From positions 1 to 60,573 of IMG/VR virus record IMGVR_UViG_3300045988_108426: 60,573 nucleotides of DNA. One strand, written 5' to 3'. Made by a program: the position numbers and the translations under genes. The DNA is from a virus. Below are positions 23,156-32,200 of this stretch, piece after piece (position 1 is the first letter of the stretch; every line of letters begins with the position of its first letter). The notes under the pieces are model-generated. The model was given only the letters and a program-made list of their open reading frames with translations. It was not told the origin of the DNA and made no database searches.

Positions 23156-24250
23156 ATGGCAGCATTACCATTAGCAGAAGCATTTACAGCGAGAAGTCTT
23201 GGTGTAATGTGGAATAACTACGAAAAAACATTAGGTTCTGCCCCTTATCTTGGCAGACAGAAGTTTGGAACAAGAAAACAGGATTCACTTGACCTTAGAT
23301 TTATTAAGGGTAAAAGTGGACTTCCAGTATCGTTAAAGGCATCTAACTTTGACGCACAGGCAGAGTTAAGAGATGTAGGTGGTTTCTCTGATATTCAGAA
23401 CGAAATGCCGTTTTATCGTGAATCGTACATGGTTACAGAAAAAGAAGAACAGGAGTACGCAAACTATCAAAGTGCTGAAAACTCTAGCCTTGCAAATCAG
23501 GTACTTAGAGAAATTAGCAAGAAGCCTATGAACCTCATTGAGGGAGCGTTAGTAGTCCCTGAGCGTCAGATTTGGAACTTGTTAGCACCAGCAGATGGAG
23601 TTCCAAAAATTCCGGTTACGATTGGTGGAAAGAACTACAATGTTGAATATACATTAGACAGTGGAGGGGAACATAAGAAAGACCATTTTATCGAAATTCA
23701 GACGCCAGCTGATAAGTGGGATGCGCCGACCACGGCAACACCACTCGACGACCTTATACAGGCAAGAAGAACATTTGCAAAGAAAACAGGTTATTCACTG
23801 ACAAGATTTACTATGAATACAGAAACTTTTGAGAAACTTCTTGAAGCTGAGGACACAAAGAAGCAGGTACTTGGAATTGCGGCATATCAAGGTGGTATTA
23901 GAGTACAGCAGGGGCAGGTTGTTGACTATCTTAAAGGATATGGGATTGAGATTGAAGTTTACGACAAACTTTATATTGACCCAACAGACGGTCAGACAAA
24001 ATACTTTGTACCGACAGGTGTTATCAGTGCACAATCAGGTGGAGTTTTCTTAGGTGATTATGTATTCGGCAGAACACCGGAAGAAAGAAGCGGAAGCCTT
24101 ACAGATGGAAACTTATCTATCGTTGAAACTGGTATTTCTGTTTACACATATGCTACTAACCACCCTATCAATACTCATTGCGTTGTATCTATGATAGGAC
24201 TTCCGACATTTGAGGGAATGGATAGCGTTGTAGTTATGAAAGTAATGTAG
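23156..24250 (+). CDS. Major capsid protein (lambda gpE-like family)
   Basis: 364 aa; the N-terminal LAEAFTARSLGVMWNNYEKTLGSAPYLGRQKFGTRKQDSLDLRF pattern and the position fit. Confidence 0.85.
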   Translation: MAALPLAEAFTARSLGVMWNNYEKTLGSAPYLGRQKFGTRKQDSLDLRFIKGKSGLPVSLKASNFDAQAELRDVGGFSDIQNEMPFYRESYMVTEKEEQEYANYQSAENSSLANQVLREISKKPMNLIEGALVVPERQIWNLLAPADGVPKIPVTIGGKNYNVEYTLDSGGEHKKDHFIEIQTPADKWDAPTTATPLDDLIQARRTFAKKTGYSLTRFTMNTETFEKLLEAEDTKKQVLGIAAYQGGIRVQQGQVVDYLKGYGIEIEVYDKLYIDPTDGQTKYFVPTGVISAQSGGVFLGDYVFGRTPEERSGSLTDGNLSIVETGISVYTYATNHPINTHCVVSMIGLPTFEGMDSVVVMKVM

Positions 24251-24260
24251 GAGGTGCTAC

Positions 24261-24500
24261 ATGAAAGCAACACACACTGTTAAATACAACGGAAAATGGT
24301 ATAAGGCAGGCGAAGAAATAGGGGCAGTTGAAAAGACTGCTTCTATTCCATTTGAAACGCCTAAATATACCAAAACAGATATAAACAGAATGAGTACAGC
24401 AGATTTACAGTCACTTGCATCTGAAAGCGGTATTCCAAACGCTGACAGTTTCAGTGGTGCTGACTTAAAAAGTATGTTGATTGATAAATTTAGGTTATAG
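24261..24500 (+). CDS. Hypothetical protein with C-terminal HeH/Rho_N-like motif
   Basis: ADLQSLASESGIPNA...GADLKSMLIDKF. Confidence 0.45.
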   Translation: MKATHTVKYNGKWYKAGEEIGAVEKTASIPFETPKYTKTDINRMSTADLQSLASESGIPNADSFSGADLKSMLIDKFRL

Positions 24501-24511
24501 GAGATAACATC

Positions 24512-24889
24512 ATGGAATACACCACACTAGAACAAGTCAAAATTAGACTTAAACAATTTCATATTGATACAGTCACAAATGATGATAAAACTACATCCGA
24601 TGTGGTAGTGTTCGATGAAAAAGAAGATAATCCACTTATCGAGCAACTTATTAAGCAAGCTACAGAAGATGTAAAAGCAAGAAGAAATTACCCTAGTAAC
24701 TATACAGAAGAAATGATAACAGAGGACTTGAAACAGTTCGAGGGAGTTATCGTTAATCTTGTTGTGTATGACCATTCACAGGCGGGCGAAGAATTTATGG
24801 CAAGTTTTGGCGAAAATGGTGTAAGTCGAACATGGAAAGACAGAGACAGCTTATTTGTTGGGGTATTTCCTTTTGTAAAAATGTTATAA
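24512..24889 (+). CDS. Head-tail connector (gp6-like)
   Basis: 125 aa; N-terminal TLEQVKIRL...; position after the capsid gene. Confidence 0.6.
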   Translation: MEYTTLEQVKIRLKQFHIDTVTNDDKTTSDVVVFDEKEDNPLIEQLIKQATEDVKARRNYPSNYTEEMITEDLKQFEGVIVNLVVYDHSQAGEEFMASFGENGVSRTWKDRDSLFVGVFPFVKML

Positions 24890-25000
24890 ACATTAAAAAG
24901 AAGATTGTGCGTACCATATACGTGAGGTCACGAAAATGGTGCAGGCGATACACTTTAAAGGGTGGTGGGCGGTGTATCAAAATTATACAGGAGATATAAA

Positions 25001-25306
25001 ATGCAAGATATTTTATTACAAACATATATAATAGCATTACCGATTTTTTTGGGCTATATTGTTTGGCTTCTAAAACAACAAAAAAATGATAAAGACGCAA
25101 ATAGCAAAGGAACTATGTTGCTATTGCGTGTACAACTTATCGAATACCACGATAAGTATATGAAAATTGGTGAAATGCCCTCTTATGCGTATGACAATTT
25201 TGTTGAAATGTATAACGCATATCACGCACTTGGCGGTAATGGCATGGTAACCAAAATGTATAACGAAATACAGGAAATTCATTTAAAGAATGGAGGTAAA
25301 GACTAA
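25001..25306 (+). CDS. Single-pass membrane protein adjacent to the holin
   Basis: ATG at 25001 with CAGGAGA SD; TM segment YIIALPIFLGYIVWLL. Confidence 0.5.
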   Translation: MQDILLQTYIIALPIFLGYIVWLLKQQKNDKDANSKGTMLLLRVQLIEYHDKYMKIGEMPSYAYDNFVEMYNAYHALGGNGMVTKMYNEIQEIHLKNGGKD

Positions 25307-25575
25307 TGGATATAACATCAGTATCAACAGTAGTTGCCATTGTCGTGATTACATATCTTATCGGGTATGCGGCAAAGCAGATACCACAGATAAAAGATAA
25401 CCTTATTCCGGTTATTGTAGGCATAGCAGGAGCAGTCTTGGGCGTTATTGGTATGTATATCATACCTGATTTTCCAGCAAGTGACATTCTCAATGCTATT
25501 GCTGTCGGAATTGTTTCGGGATTGTCCAGTACCGGTATAAATCAGATTTATAAGCAAGGAAAAACAAATGCTTGA
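25306..25575 (+). CDS. Holin (Hol44 / phage_holin_5-like)
   Basis: 89 aa with hydrophobic segments VVAIVVITYLIGY, IPVIVGIAGAVLGVIGMYI and AIAVGIVSGLSSTG and a polar tail QIYKQGKTN. Confidence 0.65.
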   Translation: MDITSVSTVVAIVVITYLIGYAAKQIPQIKDNLIPVIVGIAGAVLGVIGMYIIPDFPASDILNAIAVGIVSGLSSTGINQIYKQGKTNA

Positions 25576-26032
25576 TATAAATAAACAGGCTATGAAATAT
25601 TCACAGCAGGGACAACGAATAACAATCTATGAAAAAGACGACGAGGGTAACATACTTTACGAGGGATATACTGATAATGAGGGCAATTTTATCCCTTATC
25701 TTGATGATGAGGGTAATAAAATTCCGAAAATTATTGGCGAAGTAATTGGCTTTTCTAAACCAGTTGACTTTAAAGCAAACATAGCTTTCAGCGGTGGCAA
25801 AGCAAAGATTGAAGAATTTGGCTTTGATACTGCTGACTATGACGCAATCATGTTGACAGACAGAAACAAATTTCCGCTTAAGAAAGGGGATTTAATATGG
25901 CTTGATAGCGAAGTAGAATTTACTGACGGAGAAAACGAAGTAGTGGACGAAACATCAGCAGATTTTACTATTGTTGAAATTAAGCCGGCTTTGAAGTCAA
26001 CAAAGTATGTGCTTAAAGCGGTTGTAAAGTAG
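25568..26032 (+). CDS. Structural module protein (head-tail joining region)
   Basis: 154-aa ORF overlapping the holin end by 8 nt. Confidence 0.5.
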   Translation: MLDINKQAMKYSQQGQRITIYEKDDEGNILYEGYTDNEGNFIPYLDDEGNKIPKIIGEVIGFSKPVDFKANIAFSGGKAKIEEFGFDTADYDAIMLTDRNKFPLKKGDLIWLDSEVEFTDGENEVVDETSADFTIVEIKPALKSTKYVLKAVVK

Positions 26033-26038
26033 GTGATT

Positions 26039-26587
26039 ATGTCTAAGCAAACAATAGCATTAGGATTGTCGGTAAAGTCTGTAGAAAAGGCTATAAGACA
26101 GCTTAAAAGCTATAAACAATGGCTAAGGAATAAAACGACAGAACTTGTAAAAGCACTTGCAGAAGTTGGCATACCTGTTATAGAAACTAATGTAGCCGAA
26201 GCAGGCTACACTTTTGATAGCAAAGGTGTAAGGAGTGGCTCAAACACTGAACATTACACATATGTACGACTTAATAACTTTGGAAGTTATGCACAGGCAA
26301 ATCTTGTTGTAGAGGGCGAAGAAATTCTTTTTATTGAGTTTGGAGCTGGTGTTTATTACAACGGCGAAGCAGGAACAAGCCCACATCCAAAAGGGCAGGA
26401 ATTTAACTTCCTTATCGGCTCATACGGAGCCGGTCATGGAGTGCAAAAGGTTTGGGCTTACTATGATGAAACAGGAGCATTAGTAATGACCCGCGGTGTA
26501 GAAGCAACAATGCCTGTTTTAAAAGCGTATGAAAAGATTATAGCTGATTATGTATCAGTAGCAAGGAGAGTATTTGGAAATGGATAA
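26039..26587 (+). CDS. Head-tail joining protein (HK97 gp10-like position)
   Basis: 182 aa; position-based call. Confidence 0.45.
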   Translation: MSKQTIALGLSVKSVEKAIRQLKSYKQWLRNKTTELVKALAEVGIPVIETNVAEAGYTFDSKGVRSGSNTEHYTYVRLNNFGSYAQANLVVEGEEILFIEFGAGVYYNGEAGTSPHPKGQEFNFLIGSYGAGHGVQKVWAYYDETGALVMTRGVEATMPVLKAYEKIIADYVSVARRVFGNG

Positions 26588-26990
26588 ATCAAGTTCATGG
26601 GCTTTAGAATTTAAAAATACTCTTTATAGCTTGTTTTCATACAACCTAAAAAAAGAGTATGGAACAAAATATAAAAACCTTAATATTACACAAGATGAAG
26701 AATTAGAGGGAGTAGCGGTGTTTCCTACAGTGTTATTTCAACAAATTTCATTTACAGAAGTAGGCAAAACACTTGACGGACAGTTAATAAACGCAATACG
26801 ACCTATTTTTCAGATAACAATAACATTTAAAGGAAATAGAAGTGATTTAGAAAATGTAGCGGCATATGCCGTTTTATTTTTTAAAGATAAAAGATTTGAA
26901 GTAACAAGCATCGTCTATGGTATTTCAAATAAAGTCAGGTCGGCAACTTTCAGAGTATCAAGGGTAGTTGCGGCAAATGACAGATTGTAA
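26574..26990 (+). CDS. Tail completion or terminator-like protein
   Basis: 138 aa immediately before the major tail gene. Confidence 0.45.
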   Translation: MEMDKSSSWALEFKNTLYSLFSYNLKKEYGTKYKNLNITQDEELEGVAVFPTVLFQQISFTEVGKTLDGQLINAIRPIFQITITFKGNRSDLENVAAYAVLFFKDKRFEVTSIVYGISNKVRSATFRVSRVVAANDRL

Positions 26991-27060
26991 CTTATAGACC
27001 GGACATTTTTTAGAAATGTTCGCTAACTGCATAAAATTAGCAGAAGAAAGTGAGGTAAAT

Positions 27061-27537
27061 ATGGCAGCAGCCGGAATTTCGACACTCGGTATTACTTTCG
27101 GTTACGGAGTAGAAACAACAGCAGGAACAAAGCCAACAACTTTTAAACAGCTGACAAGAATAAACGCAATCGGAGGTATCAATATTGAGCCGGAGCAAAT
27201 AGACGCATCAGCACTTGAAGATTACACGACAAAATATGTCAAAGGTCGTGCCGATACTGGTGGGTCTTTTGCAGTAACGGTAAACTTTACGGATGATACT
27301 GTAAAAGAGTGGGAAGCTCTTATAAAAGCGTATAAAGCGTTGACAGGTGGGAAACAGATGTGGTTTGAAACTATCATTCCGGGCATTGATAAAGCGTTAT
27401 TTGTTATCGCAGAGCCGCCGGAGAGCATCCCTCAGCCGGAAATCGGGCAGAATGAACTCTTAACAGTTGAGATGAACTTGACTATTGTTGAGAAAAAAGA
27501 CCCTGATACAAAGGTAGACTTTACACCGGGGGAATAA
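27061..27537 (+). CDS. Major tail (tube) protein, TP901-1/phi13-like
   Basis: ATG at 27061 after GTGAGGTAAAT. Contains GISTLGITFGYGVETTAGTKPTTFKQL...IDASALEDYTTKYVKGRADTGG. Confidence 0.75.
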   Translation: MAAAGISTLGITFGYGVETTAGTKPTTFKQLTRINAIGGINIEPEQIDASALEDYTTKYVKGRADTGGSFAVTVNFTDDTVKEWEALIKAYKALTGGKQMWFETIIPGIDKALFVIAEPPESIPQPEIGQNELLTVEMNLTIVEKKDPDTKVDFTPGE

Positions 27538-27646
27538 AAAGCTATTCGGCTGAGACAAAGGCTGTGTCGGATAGCAAATCTAAAACAGCCGACTACTCAT
27601 ACGATAAAGATGAAACAATTTAAAAATAGCAAAATTGATTAAAAGC

Positions 27647-27675
27647 GGGGCGGTCTTAGGACTGCCCCCTTTCTT
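27647..27675 (+). terminator. Hairpin/attenuator after the major tail gene
   Basis: GGGGCGGTC-ttag-GACTGCCCC followed by CTTTCTT. Confidence 0.55.
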
Positions 27676-27704
27676 ACAAAAAAGTAAGAGAAAGGGAAAA
27701 TAAT

Positions 27705-28157
27705 ATGTTTAAAATTTTAAATATTGGTGACAAAGAATACAAACTTGAATACTCTCTTGAAGCATCACTTTATCCTGAGAGCACAGAAAGACTTTTAGAG
27801 TTTATGTCTGGAATGGACTTAGAAGATGAAAACGGAAAAATTAAAAGCATTATTAAAAGTATGTCAAATGTACCTCAGACAACATTACATATGTTCTATG
27901 CAGGGCTGTTAGAACATCATGGAAATACTGAAAATGGTGACGGTACAGTTACATCACTTAGTGATGCAAAGGCACTGTTAAAACAGTATATTGCTGAAAA
28001 TAAATCAAACTTTTATTTAGTCATGGAAATGATATTGGAGCAGATGGGTGAAGATGGTTTTTTAGAACTGATAGGTCTGAACGAGATGTTACAGACAGAG
28101 GAAGAAACACCGAAGAAAGCACCGAAAGTTCCACAAGACCACATGAAGAAAAAATAA
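27705..28157 (+). CDS. Tail assembly chaperone (gpG analogue)
   Basis: 150 aa, acidic, located between the tube and tape measure genes. Confidence 0.65.
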   Translation: MFKILNIGDKEYKLEYSLEASLYPESTERLLEFMSGMDLEDENGKIKSIIKSMSNVPQTTLHMFYAGLLEHHGNTENGDGTVTSLSDAKALLKQYIAENKSNFYLVMEMILEQMGEDGFLELIGLNEMLQTEEETPKKAPKVPQDHMKKK

Positions 28158-28525
28158 GTTTCAAAGATAACATAGAAAAAAATATCTTGCCTAGTGCTAT
28201 AAAGGCAGGATTGACATATAAACAAGCTATGCACATGACGCCGAAAGCTATAGAAATGCACATAAAAGCATATACAGAAAGAGAACAAGAGAAAATAAAG
28301 GTATATGAATATCTTTCATGGCTCAACGGCTATTATGTTGTCGAAGCGATAGCTTGTACTTTTGGAAAAGGAAGATACCCTAAAAATCCTTTACAGGAAA
28401 ATAATAATAATGAGAACGGCGAAAAGCCGAAATCAGAATTGCAGAAGCAAAGAGAATTATTTGCGGCAAGATTGTTTGCTACATTTGCTAATGCAGAATT
28501 AGATAAAATAGAAAAAGAGGAATAG
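27705..28525 (+). CDS. Tail assembly chaperone -1 frameshift fusion (gpGT analogue)
   Basis: The -1 frame is open from 28052 to 28525. Slippery heptamer T_TTT_TTA at 28058-28064 is in the correct phase; an alternative is G_AAA_AAA at 28148-28154. Confidence 0.45.
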
Positions 28526-28556
28526 CAATTTTATTTGCCGTTCCTCTTTTATTTTT
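28517..28556 (+). terminator. Rho-independent terminator after the chaperone genes
   Basis: GAGGAA-ta-GCAA-ttttat-TTGC-cg-TTCCTC followed by TTTTATTTTT. Confidence 0.7.
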
Positions 28557-28569
28557 GAGGTGATAATCA

Positions 28570-29262
28570 ATGAAAATGACTACAAAATATGCAAAAAGCA
28601 TTAGCTATGGGAATAAAAGACCATTAAGCAACATCAAATACATTGTTATACATTATACAAGCAATGAGGGAGATACAGCACAGAATAATCTTGATTATTT
28701 TGCAAATGTTAATGAAAAAGAAACGGGAGCGCATTTCTTTGTTGATAAAAAAGGAAAAGTCGGCAAGTCAATAGCAATGAGCCGTACAGCTTGGGCGGTA
28801 GGCAGAGATTACAGAAGTGGAAGAAAAGGCGAAGCGGCTTATTTTGGCAAATGTACAAATGCAAATTCGGTGTCTATCGAATTGTGTGATATGTGCTTAA
28901 AAACAAACTGGGAACAGATGTATGCGACAAGAAAACTTGTTAAATACATTCAAAGTAAGTGCCCTAACGCAAAAACAATAATTAGACATTGGGATGTAAA
29001 CGGCAAAAATTGTCCAGCACCTTTTACAGGTAGTGGTAATGAGAAATGGATTGAATTTAAGAGGTTTATAACAGCAGGATATAAATTTACTGCGGTTGTT
29101 ACAAAGAATGCAGCATTAAGAAGTAAACCGAAGCTGGGGGCAGTAAATAAAAAAGGTACTGCAAAAAAAGGAACAAAAGTTAAGATTGTCAAACTCAATG
29201 GGAATTGGGGACTTACTGACAACGGATATTGGATAAGTCTTGAAAAAGTAAAAGAGATTTAA
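28570..29262 (+). CDS. Endolysin: N-acetylmuramoyl-L-alanine amidase (Amidase_2/PGRP) with C-terminal SH3b-like domain
   Basis: IVIHYTSNEGDTAQNNLDYF...GAHFFVD...SVSIELCD...HWDV.GKNCP; C-terminal KGTKVKIVKLNGNWGLTDNGYWISL. Confidence 0.85.
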   Translation: MKMTTKYAKSISYGNKRPLSNIKYIVIHYTSNEGDTAQNNLDYFANVNEKETGAHFFVDKKGKVGKSIAMSRTAWAVGRDYRSGRKGEAAYFGKCTNANSVSIELCDMCLKTNWEQMYATRKLVKYIQSKCPNAKTIIRHWDVNGKNCPAPFTGSGNEKWIEFKRFITAGYKFTAVVTKNAALRSKPKLGAVNKKGTAKKGTKVKIVKLNGNWGLTDNGYWISLEKVKEI

Positions 29263-29280
29263 TCAGAATGAGGTGATTTG

Positions 29281-32200
29281 ATGGAATTAGATAGTTTAGA
29301 ACTGAAAGTATCGGCAGAAGCACAGTCGGCAGAAAAAGCACTTGACAGCCTTATAGGTAAATTACAGAGTTTTTCAAAAGCACTTGGCGGTATAAACACT
29401 ACTTCCATCAGCAAAAACCTTGAAAATCTTGCTAAAGTCGGCGGCTTAAAAACTGTCACTAAAGAGGTAGAGGACTTAGGAAAAACTGTAGACAATGTCG
29501 GTAAGAAGAAAACAAAGACTGATGTTAAAGTTGATGTTAAGCAAGGTTTAGAAGCTATTGCAGAATTACAGAAACGATTTGAAAATGCAGACAAAGATAT
29601 AAGATTTACTGGGTCAACAAAACAACTTGAAAAGCAATACGACAGATTATCTAACAGCTTGCAAAAGCTTTTTATAAAAGAAAACGCAGCACTTGATTTA
29701 GGCAAAGCAAGTACAGGTGATGAAAAGTTTGTTAAATTAGAGCGTAACATACAGTCAACCATAAACCAACTTGACACACTTAAATCTAAAATTACAGAAG
29801 TTCAAAAAGCAGAACAGGCAAGCAAGGCACAATTTTTTGAAAGAGAAAATGCAAAGGCAAATCAAGAAAATAAAACTGCCATGATGATACCACCTGAGAG
29901 TGAAATAAAAAAGGCGGCTGAAACATATCAAAAAAATATGGAAAAAATATCATCAGACACATTGCCTAAACACACAGGTTGGGATAGTCAAGCAGAACTT
30001 CTTAAAGCATTAAAACAGTCTCGAGAGGGAACTACTGGAGCATTAGAGGGATATGACGAAAGAATAAAGAAAGCCACAGCCGACCTTAAAGCAGTCGAAA
30101 AAAGTGGCAAGGGCATGGGTACTGACGAGTGGGACAGAGCCTACATCGCTTTACAAAAAGTTGCCGCAGAAGCTAAACAGTACAAAGTAAATTTAAACGA
30201 GCGTGCGACAGGGATTGTTGCAGATATAAGTGCAACAGACAGTCTTAATATTAAAGTTAATAAACTGAGAGAAAGTTTAAAACAGTTAAAAGCGGATGGA
30301 GTTGATTTTGGCGATACCAAATTCGACAAAACATATCAGCAACTTGTAAAAACTGAACAGGAATTAAAGCAATATAAAAATAGTCTTACCGAAACTAAAA
30401 CTGTTTTACAGGGTTTTGATGAAAGAATTGAAAAGGCAAAAGCTAACCTTGCAAATATACAAGCTGGCGGCAAGGGAATGGGTACTTCTGAATGGGATAA
30501 AGCTAGTATGGCTTTGACCAAATTAGAAGATGAAGCAAGGCGGTATAAAGCGGCTTTAGATCAAAAAGCACTAGGTCTTGATACCGACATTAAATCAACG
30601 GACAACCTCGAAACAAAGATAAAGAAATTAAATCTTGCTATAGAGCAAATGAGAAATAGAGGTATCGGTTTCGGTGATACAAACTTTGATAAGCTGTATC
30701 AGCAACTTAATCAAGCTGAAAAAGAACTTGCAGAGTACAAAGCTAGACTGACAGAAAGTGAAAACTCGACAAGAAGTTTTGGAAGTACATTAAAGAGTGC
30801 GGCAACAGGCTTTTCTAATTTTATCAGTAAGATTAAAAATGTTGGTGCGGCAACACTGAATTTTGCTAAGAATGTCCGCAACATGAAATCGCCTTTAAAA
30901 CTTGCTGTCGGTCAAATTAGCAAGTTGGGAAATGCAGTTGCAAGATTGTATTTTAAGTATCTTATGCTAACAAGAGTTGCAGGAGCATTAGGTAAAGTTC
31001 TCGGTATATCAAGCGACTATATTGAAGAATATAATTATTTTCAGAAAGCAATAGATAAGATTGCACAGGAAAATAAAGGCAATTACAAAAAATACGGCTA
31101 TGATGATGCTAAAAGTTATGCGGATAGCTTTGAGGATAGGCTTACAACGCTTACAGGCAAAATGACAGGATATAAGATTGGCAAGGATGGAGATTTACTT
31201 GACACAGGTACAGCTAGTCTTGGACTTGACATTACACAGATAACAAACTTTGAAGCTCAAATAGCACAAATGACAAACTCTGTCGGAATGATGGGTGAGG
31301 CATCTATCGCAACATCAAAAGCCATGACAATGCTTGCCGGGGATATGTCATCATTAACAAATATGCCACTTGATACTGTAATGAAGAATTTTTCAAGTGG
31401 TCTTTCGGGTGCGGCGATGGCTGTAAAAAAATATGGTATGGACATATCGGTTGCGGCATTACAGGAAACAGCACTTGGGCTAGGTGTTAAGAAAAATGTT
31501 TCTGATATGACACAGGCTGAGAAAGAGTATTTGCGTGTTATCACTATGTTGCAACAATCTAAAGTCGCATGGGGTGATTTGGCAGATACGATAAACCAAC
31601 CCGCAAACCAATTTAGAATGTTAAAATCAAACATTAAGCAATGTGGTTTGATGTTATCAAGATTGTTTATGCCAGTCATTCAAAAAGTGTTGCCTTGGCT
31701 TAACGCAATGGCAATGGCTGTCAAAGACTTAATGAAGTATATCGGTGACTTGTTTGGCTTGAAATTTGATAGCAGTCTTGGTTCAACAGACAGTGGCACA
31801 TCAGATACCTATGACGATGTATCAGACAGTGCCGACAATGCGGCAGACAGTATAAATAATGCGGCAGACGCACAGAAGAAGTTTAACAAGCAGTTGCAAG
31901 GATTTGATAAATTAAACAATCTTACAACAAATGAGACTTCAAAGAGTGACAGCGACAAGGATAAAAATGGCACAGGAAATGTTAGTGGCGTTTTATCTGA
32001 TGCTCTTATAAACGCTGTTGAAGATTACGAGAAGCGTTGGAACAAAGCGTTTAAAAGCATGACAAGTGATGCTGATAACCTCAAAGAAAAAATTGAAAAA
32101 TTATTTACAACAGCTTGGGACACAGGTGACGGAACAGAAATCGGTGAAGCACTTGCGACAACCTTAAATAAGGGCATTGACTGGGTGAATGAAAATACAA

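Noticed and set aside
28187-28525. Independent 112-aa gene starting at TTG 28187
   Set aside because: There is no SD, and the frame is open upstream to 28052 and is the -1 frame of the chaperone gene. It is interpreted as the frameshift extension.
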